Shown here piece by piece: positions 42,807-57,632 of a stretch of 64,000 nt of DNA (positions within the stretch are counted from its first letter, which is position 1; each line of letters begins with the position of its first letter). The stretch is from the human T2T-CHM13v2.0 reference genome, Homo sapiens. Made by a program: the position numbers and the translations under genes. The stretch lies in assembly GCF_009914755.1 (NCBI RefSeq), contig NC_060925.1. One strand, 5' to 3'. The notes under the pieces are model-generated. The model was not told where the DNA came from. It saw only the letters and a program-made list of their open reading frames with translations, and made no database searches.

Positions 42807-44982
42807 CAGGCATTCCTCATTTCATAGCACATCGCTTTATTGTACTTTGCAGATATTGCATTTTTTACAAATGAAGATTTGTGGCAACCCTGCCTCAAGC
42901 AAGTGTATTTGGTGTCATTTTTCAAGAGCATGTGCTCACTTTGTGTCTCTGTGTCACATTTTGGTAATTCTCACAATATTTCAAAGTTTTTCATTATTAG
43001 TATATCTGTTATAATGATCTGTAATCAGTGATCTTTATGTCACTATTGTTTGGAGGAGCTGCATGCCACACCCATATCAGACAGAAAATTTAATAAATTG
43101 CCTGTCTTTTGACTGCTCCGTTGACTGACCATTCTTCCCGCTTTCTCTATCTCATCTTGGGCCTCTCTATGTGTTCAACACACAACAAACTAGGCCAATT
43201 AATAACCCTGCAATGGCTTCTAAGTGTTCACATCAAAGGAAGAGTCTCATGTCCCTCACTTCAAAAAGCTAGAAATGATTACACTTAGTGAGGAAGGCAT
43301 GTCAAAATCTAAGACAGGCCACAAGCAAGGCCTCCTGTACCAGTTAGCCATTTTGTGAATGCAAAGGAAAAGTTCTTAAAAATATTACTCCGGTGAACAC
43401 ATAAATTATAAGAAAGCAAAACAGCCTTATTGCTGATGTGGAGAAAGCTTTAGTGGTCTGGATAGAAGATCAAACCACCCCCAACATTCCCTTAATCCAG
43501 AGCCTAATCCAGAGCAAGGTCCTAACTCTCTTTTGTTCTATTAAGGGTAAGAGAGGTGACGAAGCTGCAGAAGAAAAGTTCGAAGCTAACAGAGGTTGGT
43601 TCATAAGGTTTACGGAAAGAAGCCATCTCCAAAACAGAAAAGTGCAACTGCTGAGGTAGAAGCTGCCTCAGGTGATCCAGAAGATCTAGCTAAGATAATT
43701 GATGAAGGTGGCTACACTGAACAACAGATTTTCAATGTAGACCAAACAGCCTTCTGTTGGAAGAAGGTGCCATCTAAGACTTTCATAGCTAGAGAGGAGA
43801 AGTCAATGCCTGGTTTCAAAACTTCAAAGGACAGGCTGGCTCTCCTCTTAGGGGATCCAGCTGGTGACAATGCTGGTGATAGTGCAGCAGTTGAAGCCAA
43901 TGCTTATTTGACATTCTGAAAATCCTGGGGTCCACAGAATCATCTCTGATGGAGATGTACAAGGAGATGAATGTTTTTTTCATGCCTACTAACACAATAT
44001 CCATTCTCAGCCCATGGGTTAGGGAGTGATTTTGGCTTTTAAGTCTTATTATTTAAGAAATACATTTGGTAAAGCTATAGCTACCGCAAATAGGGATTTT
44101 TCTATGGATCTGGGCAAAGCAAATTGAAAACCTTCTGGAAAAGATTCACCATTCTAAATGACATTATGAACATTCATAATTCATGGGGAAGAAGTCAAAA
44201 TATCAGCATTAATAGGAATTTGGAAGAATTTGATTCCAACTCTCATGGGTGACTTTGAGAGGCTCAAGACTTCATTAGAGGCAGTAACTGCAGATGTAGT
44301 GGAAATAACAAGAGAACTAGAATTAGAAGTGGAGCCTGAAGATGGGACTGAATGGCTGCAATCTCATGATAAGACTTGAACAGATCAGGAGTTCCTTCTT
44401 ACGGATGAGCAAAGAAAGTGGTTTCTTGAACAGAAACTACTCCTGGTGTAGATGCTATGAACATTGTTAAATGACAACAAAAGATTTAGAGTATTACATA
44501 AACTTAGTTGATAAAGCAGTGGCAGGGTTTGAAAGGATTAACTCCAATTTTGAAAGAAGTTCTAATGTGGGCAAAAGCATCAAACAGCATCACATGCTTC
44601 AGAGAGATCTTTAGTGAAAGGAAGAGTCAAAGTGGCAAACTTCACTGTTAGCTTATTTTAAGAAATTGCTACAGCCACCAACCTTCAACCACCACCACTG
44701 TGTTAAGTCAGCAACCAGCCACATCAAGGCAAGACCCTCCACCAGCAAAAAGATTATGACTCACTGAAGGCTCAGATGTTTGTTAGCATATTTTAGCAAT
44801 AAAGTATTTAAAAAATAATGTATGTATATTGTTCTTAAAGACATAATGCTATTGCACACTTAATAGACTAAAGAATAGTGTAAACATAACTTTTAGATGT
44901 ACTGGGAAACAAAAACATTTGTGTGACTCACTTTATTTTGATTGCCTGAAATTGAACCCACAATATATTCAAGATATACCTG
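42807..44982 (+). mobile_element. Tigger1 DNA transposon with internal deletion near 43935
   Basis: TA|caggcattcctc ... gatatacctg|TA; ORF pieces [11 protein letters not shown] and [27 protein letters not shown]. Confidence 0.9.
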
Positions 44983-45574
44983 TATATTTTACAAGCAACT
45001 TATAGAAAATGGTACTATAGAAAGCAGGGGATGAGAAATAAGGTAAATGGGACAGGTGGAAAAGAGACTCTCAATGTGTATCTTTTTATTTTTATTTTTA
45101 CTTTTTGAATTACGTCAATGTATTGCCTATTAAAAAATAAAACTAAAAAATTAGAAAAATTAAGTTCCTATACATATAGGTATGCATAATTTACTCAGAA
45201 TCTGTTTCCAAGACAAGTCCAAGTTGTCAAGCACTCTGACAATGTTTCAAAATGACTGCCCCATCAGTAGGATTATAACATTTCTATATCTTCTGGAAGG
45301 GAAATGTTGAGTTTAAGGTGTCAACAGGGCCTGACAGTTGTTAGGAGGATCAGAGTCATAAGAAAAGTTACTACTTTCACTCTCGAAGTGTTCTTTTACT
45401 CACTGTTTGGAGTAGACAGAAGTCCCCCAAGGTCTGCCTTTAGTGCTCATTCCCCATCTACTTCCCCTCAGTTAGCAATCTCATTCACTCTCCCTATTTC
45501 ACCTGGACTCTATAATCTATATTTCCAATCCTAATCTCTCTTCCAAATTCTAGACGTGAAATCCAAATGGCCAG

Positions 45575-46070
45575 ACCAACATGGTATATCACTCAACGTC
45601 TCAACAGGAAACAGATGGCACATTTAAATTGGGATAATTCAGAGAGGGTTTGTTTGCAAAGAGACTACTTAAAAAGGTTTGGGGGAGAGGAGAACCATGA
45701 GGGGCTACTGTGAGCTGGGCTTTTACTAGCCCTAAATCTGAAAGGATAAGAAGAGGAAGAAATTACCAGAACCAAGAAGGAGAGAAAGTTGGGAAGAGTA
45801 GGCTGCTTTGAGAGAACTGTAATTTCCTCTCAGGGGATGCAGCCAGCCTGACGGTGGTCTCGCTGGGAAGAAACCAGAGAAATAAATACCCAGGCTCCAT
45901 TCTTCCCCCTCCTTATTTCCTGCTAGGCTCCCCATTGGCTAAACTCAAACAGAAGCCAGAGGGCACAGGAGGCTACGGCTGTAGCCCTTCAGATCAGTAC
46001 TCCTGGGGCCCAGGGCAGAGTGGGGAAGGATGGAAAGCAGATCTGGAGGCGAAAACTGAATATAGGTGAC
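45575..46070. mobile_element. Old ERVL-type LTR (LTR40/41-like)
   Basis: caacaggaaacagatggcacatttaaattggg...ccattggctaaactcaaacagaagccagaggg. Confidence 0.45.
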
Positions 46071-46344
46071 AAGCATGGCTCCACTGATGTCCTGTTAGCA
46101 CCTTAAACTTAACATCTCCCTAATCAACCACAGCATCCTTTCTTCATTAACCCAACCTTCCTCCTGGGTTCCTTAGTTACCTTGGTTAAAGGCACCACTA
46201 CCTTTCAGTGCCATCCTCAATGCCACCTCCCCAGCCCTGCACATGCACACATGCACATACACACATCAAGTCTTTCTCTTCCCTTGGCTCATGAACCCCT
46301 GTAGGTGGGGCCCATGAGCCTGGACTAGCAAATATCTCATGAAT

Positions 46345-46580
46345 TATAACAAATAACATTTATCAGGCACTGCCATATCTGGCATAATATTCAGTATTTG
46401 ATTTGGATTGTCTTATTTCATCTCTCAACATAATAGCACCTACTCCGTGAAGTAGGTCCTATTATTATCCCCATTTTACAGATTAATAAACTGAGGCTAA
46501 GAAAGATTAAATAATTAACCCAATGTCACATTCTTAAAAGAGGATATCTGACATGGGAGCCCACCCTCCAGAACTATGAC
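46345..46580 (-). mobile_element. MIR
   Basis: attattatccccattttacagattaataaactgaggct. Confidence 0.7.
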
Positions 46581-46872
46581 CTTTGTTCGCCCTCCTTCAG
46601 GGTTGAATGAACCACACACTGTGATAGCACAGTGCTTTGTTTATTGAAAAAAAGAGTCAGGTGTTGGTCAAACGATATAATTCAGAGAAAGCAAGGGTTG
46701 GAGCTAGGGTTTGAACTTGTTGCTGAATTTTAAAGGATAGAGGGGGAAAAGAGGGCATGCCAGGCAAGAAGGCCGAGGAACAGCTAGCAGGGATTATAGT
46801 TTGTGGGCTTGTGTAGAAAAGGCCTTGTCCACATCAGAGAATAAATATTCAGAAACAATGAGATAAAATTGA

Positions 46873-47167
46873 GGCCAGGCACTGTGGCTCATGCCTGTAA
46901 TCCCAGCACTTTGGGAGGCCGAGGCGGGTGGATCACCTGAGGTCAGGAGTTCAAGACCAGCCTGGCCAACATGGTGAAACCCGGTTTCTACTAAAAATAC
47001 AAAAATTAGCTGGGCGTGGTGGTGCATGCCTGTAATCCCAGCTACTTGAGAGGCTGAGGCAGGAGAATTGCTTGAACTCAGGTGGCAGTGGTTGCAGTGA
47101 GTCGAGACTCCGCCATTGCCCCCCCGCCTGGGCAACAAGAGCAAAACTCTGTCTTGGAAAAAAAAAT
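46873..47167 (+). mobile_element. AluSx/Sq
   Basis: ggcgggtggatcacctgaggtcagg; ggcaacaagagcaaaactc. Confidence 0.9.
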
Positions 47168-48684
47168 ATGTATATTTAGGAGGAAGTAAGGGAAAACAGA
47201 TCACGGAGGGTCTTGAAGTCCGTGAGCTGTTGAGCCTCCCTATAGAGGAAAGTGAAAGTGGTGTTTGGGGTAGATTAATTTGCCACTTACAAAGTACATA
47301 AGATGGATTAAAAGTGGAAGATTATGTGCTGCTGGAAGGACAAGCTGGAAAGTTGTTCTAATGGTCCAGAAACAAATCAGAGAAGGTCTGGATTAGAGTG
47401 AGGCAATGAAAATGAAGAATAAACATCAGATTCCAGAAATACTTCAAAGCAAAATTACCTACAGCACATACAGACTGATTGCCATGGGAATGAAAGAGGC
47501 TTGGACTTCAGTTAAGATGACTTCAGTTTCTAGCCTTTGCTGGTAGTCTTGCCATTATCGACTGAGAATTTGGAGTTAGATGGGACAGAAAGGATTAGCA
47601 TAAGTTCAATTTTAGGTATATTGAGTTTGAGGTGAGGGCCTAAGTGACCTGTTTGTCATTTCCAATTTTGTCAATTTAGAGATCTAGTCTTACTATACTA
47701 AAAGAAGCAATAGTTGGGGGTCATATTATGGTTTTCCACATTTTTACCTTTTAAAAACTTTTGTTTCTTGAGTTTTTGTCTTTTCAATTCTTCTCTCTAT
47801 TAATTTTCAGTACACATCTAGCCTCTGAACACATCCCTTCCTGCTGTGATGTGTGTGCTGGGGCGGGGAACAGGGTAGAGCTTGGATATCATAACACACC
47901 AGGGTACTGAAGCCCTGTGATTCAGGACTAACATACTGTGCCTCTAATTGATAATATTTTCTGCTTCACAGTAGCTGAGCTGAATTGCACAGACTTGGAG
48001 AAGTAAATGAAACAAGTGTTTTATGAAACACCAGGCAAACCATTTAAATCTATACTATGCTATGTTTTTTGCTTCCTTGTCGACGATGGAATGTGAGTGG
48101 TGTCTGAGCCACACAGTGATTTCCTTTCATGTTTGCAAATAATACCACAAATGATATTATATCCTTGCTCTGGCTCATAAGAGACTTAAAAGGCTGAGTT
48201 GACAAAACAGGAAAGTTAGGATGTAAACAACCAGATTTTCACCATCAACACTATCTTCAAAATGCTAGAATAAAAAAGGAGTTCATAGAAACCATAAATG
48301 TTGGTCTTTTGATCAGAGACAAAAAATCAAAGATAAGACCCTGTTTTTGTTTTTTTTTTGTTTTTTTGTTTTTTTGTTTTTACTAAAAAGAATACCTCTC
48401 TGGCTTGGTCTACAAAGTTTTGCCACCTCTAAAATATGTAGATGATCCCAAAGTTTAGAAAACCTTAAAAATTGGAACTACACATAAAAGAGCTTCTAGA
48501 GTTTGACTATGAAAATACCGTAAGGTATTTATAGTTTACTTTAAAATTTTACCAAAAGAACAAAGACTAAATATTTAGGTAGATATCTGCAGATACTTAT
48601 GTTGTTTAAAACAGCAGCATAAATAAAGGACTTAAAGGATGGCAGGAGAAGTTTTTACTAGTAAGTCATAAAAATAGGTAAAGA

Positions 48685-48977
48685 GGCCAGGTGCAGTGGC
48701 TCACACCTGTAATCGCAGCACTTTGGGAGGCTAAAGCAGGAAGATTGTTTGAGCCTAGGAGTTTGAGACCAGCCTGGGCAGCATAGCAAGGCCCTCTCTC
48801 TAAAAATATTAAAAATTAGCTGGGCATAGTGACACGTTCCTATAGTTTTAGGTGCTTGGGAGGATGAGGTGGGAGGATCACTTGAACCTGGGAAGTGGAG
48901 GTTGCAGTGATCTCTGATCTTGCCACTGCACTCTAGCCTAGGCAACAGAGCGAGACTGTCTCAAAAAAAAAAAAAAA
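48685..48977 (+). mobile_element. AluJ
   Basis: Full dimer with poly(A). Confidence 0.88.
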
Positions 48978-49719
48978 AGGGTAATGAGAAAGGAGCTGCA
49001 GGTATATGTGACAAATTTATACTATAAAATAGCATAACATTTTTTAAAAATATGGTACAATAACACCTTCACACATTACCTTACCTTGGGACTCAGTTAT
49101 TTTGTTCAGTTCTGGTTTATGCAGCAAAACTGTTCAAATAAGAAGGGTTGTTATCCTGGTTTAATTAGTACTAGTATCCTCTTTCATTTGTGTCCAGATT
49201 TTGGTAAAAAGGAATTTGAGGAACAATAACAAAAACAAAAAAAAATTTTAAGTGTCCAAATTTAGACAACATGTGGTCATCTGCACACAGGTATCATGAT
49301 GCAATATGCATGACTTTCAAAATCCAGTGCTTTATCAACTTTAATTCATTCAAAAAGTATTCATTTTATTTGTTATTTACCTCCTATCTGCAAGGAATGA
49401 TTGAGATACAAAGATGAAAATATTGTTCCTGCCCACATGGAGCTTACATAATGCAATGTGAAAACTGCACCTGTAAACAATAAACATGTTTTAGTTCTTT
49501 CCTGAGTAAAAACTATACAACTGTTAACTGAATGATTGGGTTAGCCTGACAATACAATGGTGATAGTGAGCACCTTGTTCTTTTGTTTTGTTTTGTTGTT
49601 TTGTTTTTGCTTTTAAAATGAAGGACTCTGGTATTTCACTCTTGAACAGTAATTTCTCTGTAGCAGTGGTTTTGAGATTCAGGGTTTTTCTATTTGTTAG
49701 GGAGAAAAAAGAGCCCTGA

Positions 49720-49960
49720 GCAAGTTTGATGCCAGATTGCCTGGATTCAAATTCTGACTGTGTCATGTCATAGATGACTGGTCTTGGGCTTCCTATTTAT
49801 TCACTCTTTATTCCTCAGTGTCCTTATTTATAAAAATTAAGGTAATCGGTGCCTGCGTCATAGTTTTTTTTTTCAGGATTATAAATGTTAATATATGTAC
49901 AGGATTTAAGAATAGCACCTGGCACATGGTAAATACTTCTCATGCTTTAGCTATTACTAT
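49720..49960 (+). mobile_element. MIR
   Basis: gccagattgcctggattcaaattctgact...agcacctggcacatggtaaatac. Confidence 0.65.
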
Positions 49961-52499
49961 TTAAACATATATGTTTATACATTGTCTTAGTGAGCTCTGG
50001 CTGCTATAACAAAATACCATACACTGGTCACCTTAAACAGACGTTAATTTTTATAGTTATGGAGACTGGAAGTCCGAGACCAGGGTGGTGACAGGATTGG
50101 GCTTTATCTGTTTAGGCTAAACTAGAGAATGAAAACTGTTCTAAACAGTAAGGAGAAGGTATTAGATGTTACTTAGCATTTTGCTAAGAGTTATGAAAAT
50201 GAAATGAAGGTGCTTGTTTAAAAGATGCTAGATTTTATCCGGCAAGAGCAGGCTTAAAATTTTTATTCAAAAGATGACAAAGAAGCGAAATATTTCTTAA
50301 ATTGAAGAAATCAACTCAGCAGCAGGGTTACCTACAGGGTAAGTTTTTAATGCTGACAAATGTTTTGTTTTAAAAACAGATTCATTTTAGTATGTTTATT
50401 AAAGTGAATTTACTCTTATTTATTTTACGCTATTTTAATTATTCTCTCTACAACTCTGAGGAGGATAACACCCATAATTGTTCAGGAATCACCTCTGTAT
50501 AAAATTTCTGTCAGCTTATACCTCTGTTTCTTAAAACAATTTTCAACCCACTGAAAGGACACAGAGCACCTTGAAAGATGGACTGATTTCAGGGCTGTGG
50601 CAGGAAATTAAGAGGAGTATGGGACATCTTGCTGTGCTGAAAAGCAAGGTGCAGGAATGAACAGGGGCAAGACATTGGTAAAGAAACAAAAAGAAAGAAA
50701 GAAAAAGGAGAGAGAGAGAAAATACAGCAAAATCTTGGTAATTGCTTAATCTGGTTGACAGATGTATGGGTTCATTTTATTCTTTTCTCTTGTATTTGTT
50801 TGAATTTTTCAATTATAAAATAAATGTTTACCTAATTTAGGGCTTCTTTAAAGCAAAGCAACACAAAGTCATACATTCTCAATGAAAGTAGACAACACAG
50901 ATAAACACAAAACAGTGATAATTCTATTGCTCAAGAGATAATTACTCAACTACTGGTAACAATTTGTAATGCTTTTCTGACATTATTCATTACATATACA
51001 ATTTATTTTAAAATGATTTCTTCTCCTTCAATTTCTCATATCTTTCACGGTCTAAAAGCACTACTTTGATTATTATATTATTCTATTCTATAATGCACCA
51101 GTGCATTCCATAATTACCAAATATAGTCCAAGTCTCTTCCAACCTTCTTTTCATAATCCTTTCTATGACCTTCTCTCTCCATAGACCTCTCTGCTCCAGG
51201 CACACTGGATATCCCTGGATTCAATCCAGATTTGTTTCTGCATAAATGTCACAATTTATAATCCGAACGAACACTCAAGACCTTTAAAATAATATATTTT
51301 GGGGTTTCACAGTTTAGAATTATTTATACAACTAGCAACTTGTCCTAGCACAGAGCTTAATTTTTGTGAAAAGGCCAAGCTGTTACATAAGCATTTTGCC
51401 GAGATCCATGAAAAGAAATCAAGAGAATGCATTTCTGCCTCTAAGGGATGACATGAAAACTGAAAGAAGGTGGGATAATCTGCCTCTACAGGTCACAATG
51501 CTTCCGCAGTATTTGTTTCTGCTCTGGTGGTGATGGAAGCAGCAATAGCATGCTTTCGGTTTAGCTGAGTACAGGGAGTATAACGTCCCCAAAGGTCTGG
51601 GCATCACATTCTTCTAGAACTGGGAATTTTGGCCCCTTAAACAAGCTTGTCCCTTGTTCAACTATGCTGCATTCGCTGCACACTACTTCTGCAACTAGGA
51701 AAGGTTATAATTTTGGTTATAAAAAGTATAACTCCATTGTTGTTTCTAAACTTCAACAATTCTATATGTCAATTGTTTTGTACTCTTGTTTTTCTACTCT
51801 TACGACTAGAAGGAATCTTATTCACGATAGGCGAGTATTTTCCTCATGTTTATTTTTACCAAACCTTTAAAAATCCACTAACTTGACATATACATTCAAA
51901 ACTGAATTCCTGCTAATTTCCCAAGTCTTACTTCCTATTTATATTAGCTGTTCCTCTATTAATATTCTGTAAAACTTTGTTAAGATTCACGTTAAAACAA
52001 CTTCCTTTTGATACAGATTAACGTCCTAGATCAAGATAAACATGGGCTAGAACCTCCTCTGCAAGCCACCTGAAACCTAGAAATCAGTTGAATCCCAAAT
52101 CTCTCCAAAAACCAACAATGATGGAATTTCTGCTAATAGGTCTTGTTCTAGTAAATTTAACAGGTCCATTTTTAGCTTCAGACAGGTAGCATGCTGCTTT
52201 GGTGTGATCATGTTTTTCCATCACTGTTGATTTATCCTTCATCTTCTCTAAAGCTAATAACATGAGGTAAACTCTAATATCTTACCAGCATAAACTACCT
52301 TTAAGAAACAGAAAATTCCCTAGCCTGAGTATCTCATACCCGAAATAGTCTGGTTTTAAAAGGTTAATCTACGTTAAAAACATTGAACTAAGGCTTGGAC
52401 GAGATTCGAGACTAGTAGAGAGTTTTATTTATTCAGCACACCATCTGTAAGACACAGGGCTAGGTGATGCGGGGACATGTAGAAGTGGAGGTCTTGATT

Positions 52500-54780
52500 A
52501 TTTTTCTTTTTCCTCTACCACTTGCTCTTCCCTCTCCCCCAACTCCTCCCTTTCACTCCACGTCCCCACTCTTTCTCGAACATAATGTTTTCAGTTTCAT
52601 GTAATGTATATACACTTAGTGAAAATACTACTACTAATACTACTACTAATAATTCACAGTGCAAAGGGCATTTTGTGAAAAAACATTTCTCCTTTTCAGT
52701 CTCCTAGTCACATTGCCCAGAGACAACTACAGCCATCAGTTCTTATATATCCTTCAGAGGAACATGGGCATGTACATGCAAATATGTATATCCACTATTT
52801 TCCCCTTTTTATTCCAAATAGGAGCAAAAAATTCTATACCTTTAAAATATATTTTATGTAATCTTTCCACATCAGCATGTGAAGCTCTACTTCATCCTGC
52901 ATAATAGTCTGTTGAATGTATACATCACAATTCATTTAACCAGCCTCTATTCTAGACATTCTCTACTACATGCAGTGCTACAATGTGCATGCTAGTATAT
53001 GTCTTTGAAAATTCCTAGTAGTGAAACTGCACTGAAAATTTAAAAATTTTAATGCTGGCATGTTGCCCACCAAAGAACTATACTAATTTATAGTCTCATC
53101 TCAGCAACATATTATCAAACTTTTTGATCCTTGCTAATCTGTTAGGTAAAAAATGGAATTTTATTATTATTTAAAAATGAGGCTGATGTTTTTTATATGT
53201 TTAAAATCCGTTTTTTTCTATAATCACATTTAGCCTGTTTTTCCACTGGATTATTTATTTTGTTTTGCTTGCTTATTGATTTATAAGTGTTCCTTGTATA
53301 AGAAGAAAATTGCCTCTGTCAACAATATTATAAATATTTGTTCCAAGATTGTCATTTTTACTTATTTATTTCATAGGTCCAAGAAATAAAAGGTATGTCA
53401 TTTATTTTTAAACTTTGTTTATGGTAATTATTTGGTAATATATACATTTAAATTTTTTGTAATCAAATTTAATAAACTTTTCTTAAGATTATCCTGTGTT
53501 CTGTGTCTTGACCAGAAAGACTGCCTTCCTCCAATATTACGAACTAATTTTAGCATCTTTTTTCTAGTACTGTTTGGGTTTTTTATATTTAAATATTTGA
53601 TCAAGTGAAATTTATTTTTAAGTAAGGAATATGGTACGAATCAAGGATCAACATTTTTTTTCATGGCTAACCCAAGGATCAACATTTTTTTTCATGGCTA
53701 ACCAGGGTTCTGTAACCATTTAATCCATTATTTCCTCATCGATAAATACTATTCATTTTAAAAACTCTCTCCATTGATATATATATCTACATATATATCT
53801 TACATAGTACAATGTATAATCTTAAGTGTACAATCAGATTAATTTCCACATATGTTTATACCTCTGTAAAACACACCCAGATCAGATATAAAACACTGTC
53901 AGAACCCTAGGAAGGTCCCTTGTGCCCCCTTCAGTCAATACTCCCTCAAAGGAAACCATTACTCTGACCTCAATCACCATATATTAGTTTTGCCCATTCT
54001 TGAAATTCATATCCATGGAATCACATAGTGATCTTTGTGTCAGGTTTCTTTTGCTTAAAAATTATGCCTGTGATAGTTATCTTTTTGTTTTGCTTTGTTT
54101 TGAGACAGGGTCTCACTCTGTAGTCTAGGCTGGAGTGCAGTAGTGTGATCATGGCTCACTGGAGCCTCAACCTCCTGGGCTCAGGTGATCCGGCCATCTC
54201 ATCCTCTCAAGTAGCTGAGACTACAGGCATGCCCCACCATGCCCGGCAAATTTTTTCTATTTTTGTAGAGATGGGGTTTTACCATGTTGCTCAGTCTGGT
54301 TTTGAATTCTTGGGCTCAAGTGATCTGCCTGCCTTGGCCTCCCAAAGTGCTGGGATATTTATCCATTTTATTACGTGCAGATTAGTTTTTTCTTACCTTG
54401 CTGTGCGGTATAGTATATACTATCGTAAGAATATCCCAAGATTTATTTAACCATTCTAGTCATAATGAACACTTGGATTGCTTCCAGGTTCAGGCTATTA
54501 TGAATAATTCTTGTATAGATCTTTTGGAGGATATACGTATTCATTGTTGTTGGATATATACCCAGGAATAGAACTGATGGGTCATAGAGTACACATATGC
54601 TAACTTTAGTAGAATCTACCAGTTTACCAAAGTGGTTGAACCATGTTACATTCTTATTAGCAGTGTATGGGATTTCCCAAGTCTACATTTTTTGCTAACA
54701 CTTAATAGGGTCAGTCCTTTTAATTGTAACCATTTTGATGCAGTTGTAATGGTGATCACTGTTTCTTAACCTGGGTATTT
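52500..54780 (-). mobile_element. Old L1M (L1ME/MC) fragments
   Basis: attagttttgcccattcttgaaattcatatccatggaatcaca; ggatatatacccaggaatagaactgatgggtcatag. Confidence 0.6.
54082..54356 (-). mobile_element. AluJ lacking its 5' end
   Basis: gagacagggtctcactctg...ctcccaaagtgctgggat. Confidence 0.85.
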
Positions 54781-55044
54781 TAACGTTTTGTTCCACTATG
54801 AAATGTCTTAAAATGACTACCATGATATAGGAAAGAAAGCTAGATGTGGAGCATAAATATTTGAATGCAAGTTTTGATTCACACTTAATGTTGAGAAACC
54901 TGTGAGTGACTATATTAAGCTTTCTGACCCACTACAAGTAGGCATATAATGATTACCTCATAGGATGATTATAGATTGAATTATTTAAAATCATGAAGTT
55001 TCAATTACCTAGTATAGCTAAAATGTCTGAAAGTACTTGGGTAA

Positions 55045-55680
55045 ACAAGTATTTATTGAGATCCTTCTATGATCTAGGCACTCTTCTAGACATCAGGAAC
55101 AAACCGGTGAACAAAACACAGAGATTCCTTCCCTCTTGAAACTTACATTCTAGAGTAGAAGCAGACAAATTAATAGATGTAACACATAAATTGTATAGTA
55201 TATTAGAAAGGGTTAAATGCTGTGGACAAAGAAAAGAAAAGCTAGAGAGGGCTGTATAAGGAGGGTTAGGGGTTGGGAAAATGTTGCATTTTGAAATAGG
55301 AAGGTCAGAGTACAGGCCATGGAGAAGTGACATCTGACCAAAGACTTGGAGGTGAGGGAATCGGCCATGCAGATATCTGGGGGAAGAGCACTCCAGGCAG
55401 AGGGAGAGCTTAGGCAGAAGCATACCTGCATGTAGCATGAATTATAAGAAGGCCAGGATAGTTGGGCTGGAGTCAGGTGGGAGAATAGGGGGCAGTAATG
55501 AATGAAATTAGAGAGATACATGGATAATGGCTGGGGATGAAAATGGTCCACATCAGGTAGGGCCTGTTGGTCACTGTAGGAACAAAGGCTTTTACTCAGA
55601 GTGAAATGGTAACACAATGCAGTGTTAAGCAAAGACAGACAAGATCTCACTCATTTTTTGGAAAGGATCACTCTAACTAC
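55045..55680 (-). mobile_element. L2a 3' fragment
   Basis: aagtatttattgag...gaaacttacattctag...gccatgcagatatctgggggaagagcactccaggcagaggg. Confidence 0.75.
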
Positions 55681-55683
55681 TTA

Positions 55684-56022
55684 TGTCTTAGTCAGCTCAG
55701 GCTGCCATAACAAAATACCATGGACTAAATGGCTGACATGACAGAAATTTATTTTCTCACAGTTTTGGAGGCTGGAAGTCTGAGATCAGGGCGGCAGCGT
55801 CGCCAGTTTCTGGTGATGGCTGTCTTCCTGGCTTGTAGACAGCTGACTTTTTCTCTGTGCCCTCTCATGGTGGGAGGAAGAGAGTGGGGGAAGAGATGAG
55901 ATTAGAGCTCCACCCTTATCAGCTAATTTAATCTTAATAACCTCCCAAAAAACCTATTTCCACATTGGAGATCAGGGCTTTTGACATATGAATCTGGGGA
56001 GGATGCAATTCAGTCCATAGCA
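55684..56022 (-). mobile_element. MLT1A-like MaLR LTR (another fragment at ~49983-50100)
   Basis: tgtcttagtcagctcaggctgccataacaaaatacc...attcagtccatagca. Confidence 0.75.
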
Positions 56023-56364
56023 GCTTGCAACTTGAAAATTTCAATCTCTTAACTCTTAAACATTCTCAAACACACCAAGGCTGAAAAGGCAAACTTGAAA
56101 ATTAACCATGTATCATTTGTATGAATGGTTCTGAAGGCTTGCTGTTGATATACTCTGTCACTTTCTTTGTCCAAGTTGTGCCTATCAGACTGTGGCTGGA
56201 CAGTTAATGTATATTTAAATCCGCTAAGATTAATTTTGGGTTCTAAGCATAGAAGCACCTCATCAGAACCCATGTTACCTAGAATGTTGCCCTGATTCTG
56301 GACTGAAATTCGTCTCCCTCCCTCATCCCAAACCCAGAAAGATCACTTTCTATTAAAAGAGATT

Positions 56365-56787
56365 ATTGAATTTTGACAAGTTATAATTGTATATATTTAT
56401 GGGGTATAAAGTGATGTTATGATATGTATATATATAATATGTATATAACACACACACACAGCCACACACACTGGAATGATTGAATCAACCTAATTAACAT
56501 ATCCATCACCTCAAATACTTATAATTTATGTCCCGCCTAACTGAAACAGTGTATCATTTGACCAACATCTCCCCATTCTCCCCACCCCCCAGACTTTGGT
56601 AAACATCATTCTGCTTTCTGACTCTATGAGTTTGATTGTTTTATATTCCACATATAAATGAGAACATGTGGTATTTGTTTTTCTGTGCCTGGCTTATTTC
56701 ACTTAGTATAATGTTCTACAGGTTCGTCCATGTTGTCACAAAGGACAGAATTTCCATCTTTTTTTTAAGGCTGAATAGTATTAACTC

Positions 56788-56828
<41 letters not shown>

Positions 56829-57570
56829 ACACCATATTTTCTTTATCCATTCATCTACTGATGAACACTTAGGTTGATTCCACATCTTGACTATTGTGAA
56901 CATTGCTGTAATAAACATGAGTGCAGATATTTCAAATCCTTTGGATATACACTCAGAAGTGGGATTGCTGGATCATATGGTATCAAATGGTAATTCTATT
57001 TTTTGTTTTTTTTTTGAGGAACCTCCATACTGTTCTCCATAGTGGCTATACTAATTTACATTCCTATCAACAGTATACAAGGGTTTTCTTTATATCCTCA
57101 CCACCAACGCTTATTACCTTTCTTTTTTTTTTTTTTTTTTTTTTTTTAGATAGGATCTCGCTCTGTCTCCTACACTGGAGTGCAGTGGCACAATCATGGC
57201 TCACTGCAGCCTTGACCTCTTGGGCTCAAGTGATCCTCCCACCTCAGCCTCCTGAGTAGCTGGGACCGCAGGCTCATGCCACCATGCCTGGCTAATTTTT
57301 AAAATTGTTTTTTGTAGGGACAAGATCTAACTACGTTGCCAGGCTGGTCTTGAACTCCTGGGCTCAAGTGATCCTCTGACCTCGGCCTCTGAAAGTGCTG
57401 GGATTATGGGCATGAGCCACTGCACCCAGCCTCATCTTTTCGATAATAGCCATTCTGACAGGTGTGAGGTGATACCTCATTGTGATTTTAATTTGCACTT
57501 CTCTGATGATTAATGATGTTGTGCATTTTTTCACATAGCTGTTGGGCACATGTGTGTTTTCTTTTGGATT
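56365..57570 (-). mobile_element. L1MA 3' end containing an AluJ (57118-57431, minus)
   Basis: ataattgtatatatttatgggg; ORF piece [21 protein letters not shown]. Confidence 0.8.
56790..56828. repeat. (ATCT)n microsatellite
   Basis: Direct reading. Confidence 0.95.
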
Positions 57571-57632
57571 ACTCTTTATTTTTGAATGAAGGCCAATTCA
57601 GTATAGACCTTACTTTGGTTCCTTTTTAAGTA

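Noticed and set aside
50200-50345. Strong donor-like site CAGG|gtaagt
   Set aside because: Stops in all frames shortly upstream and no convincing acceptor.
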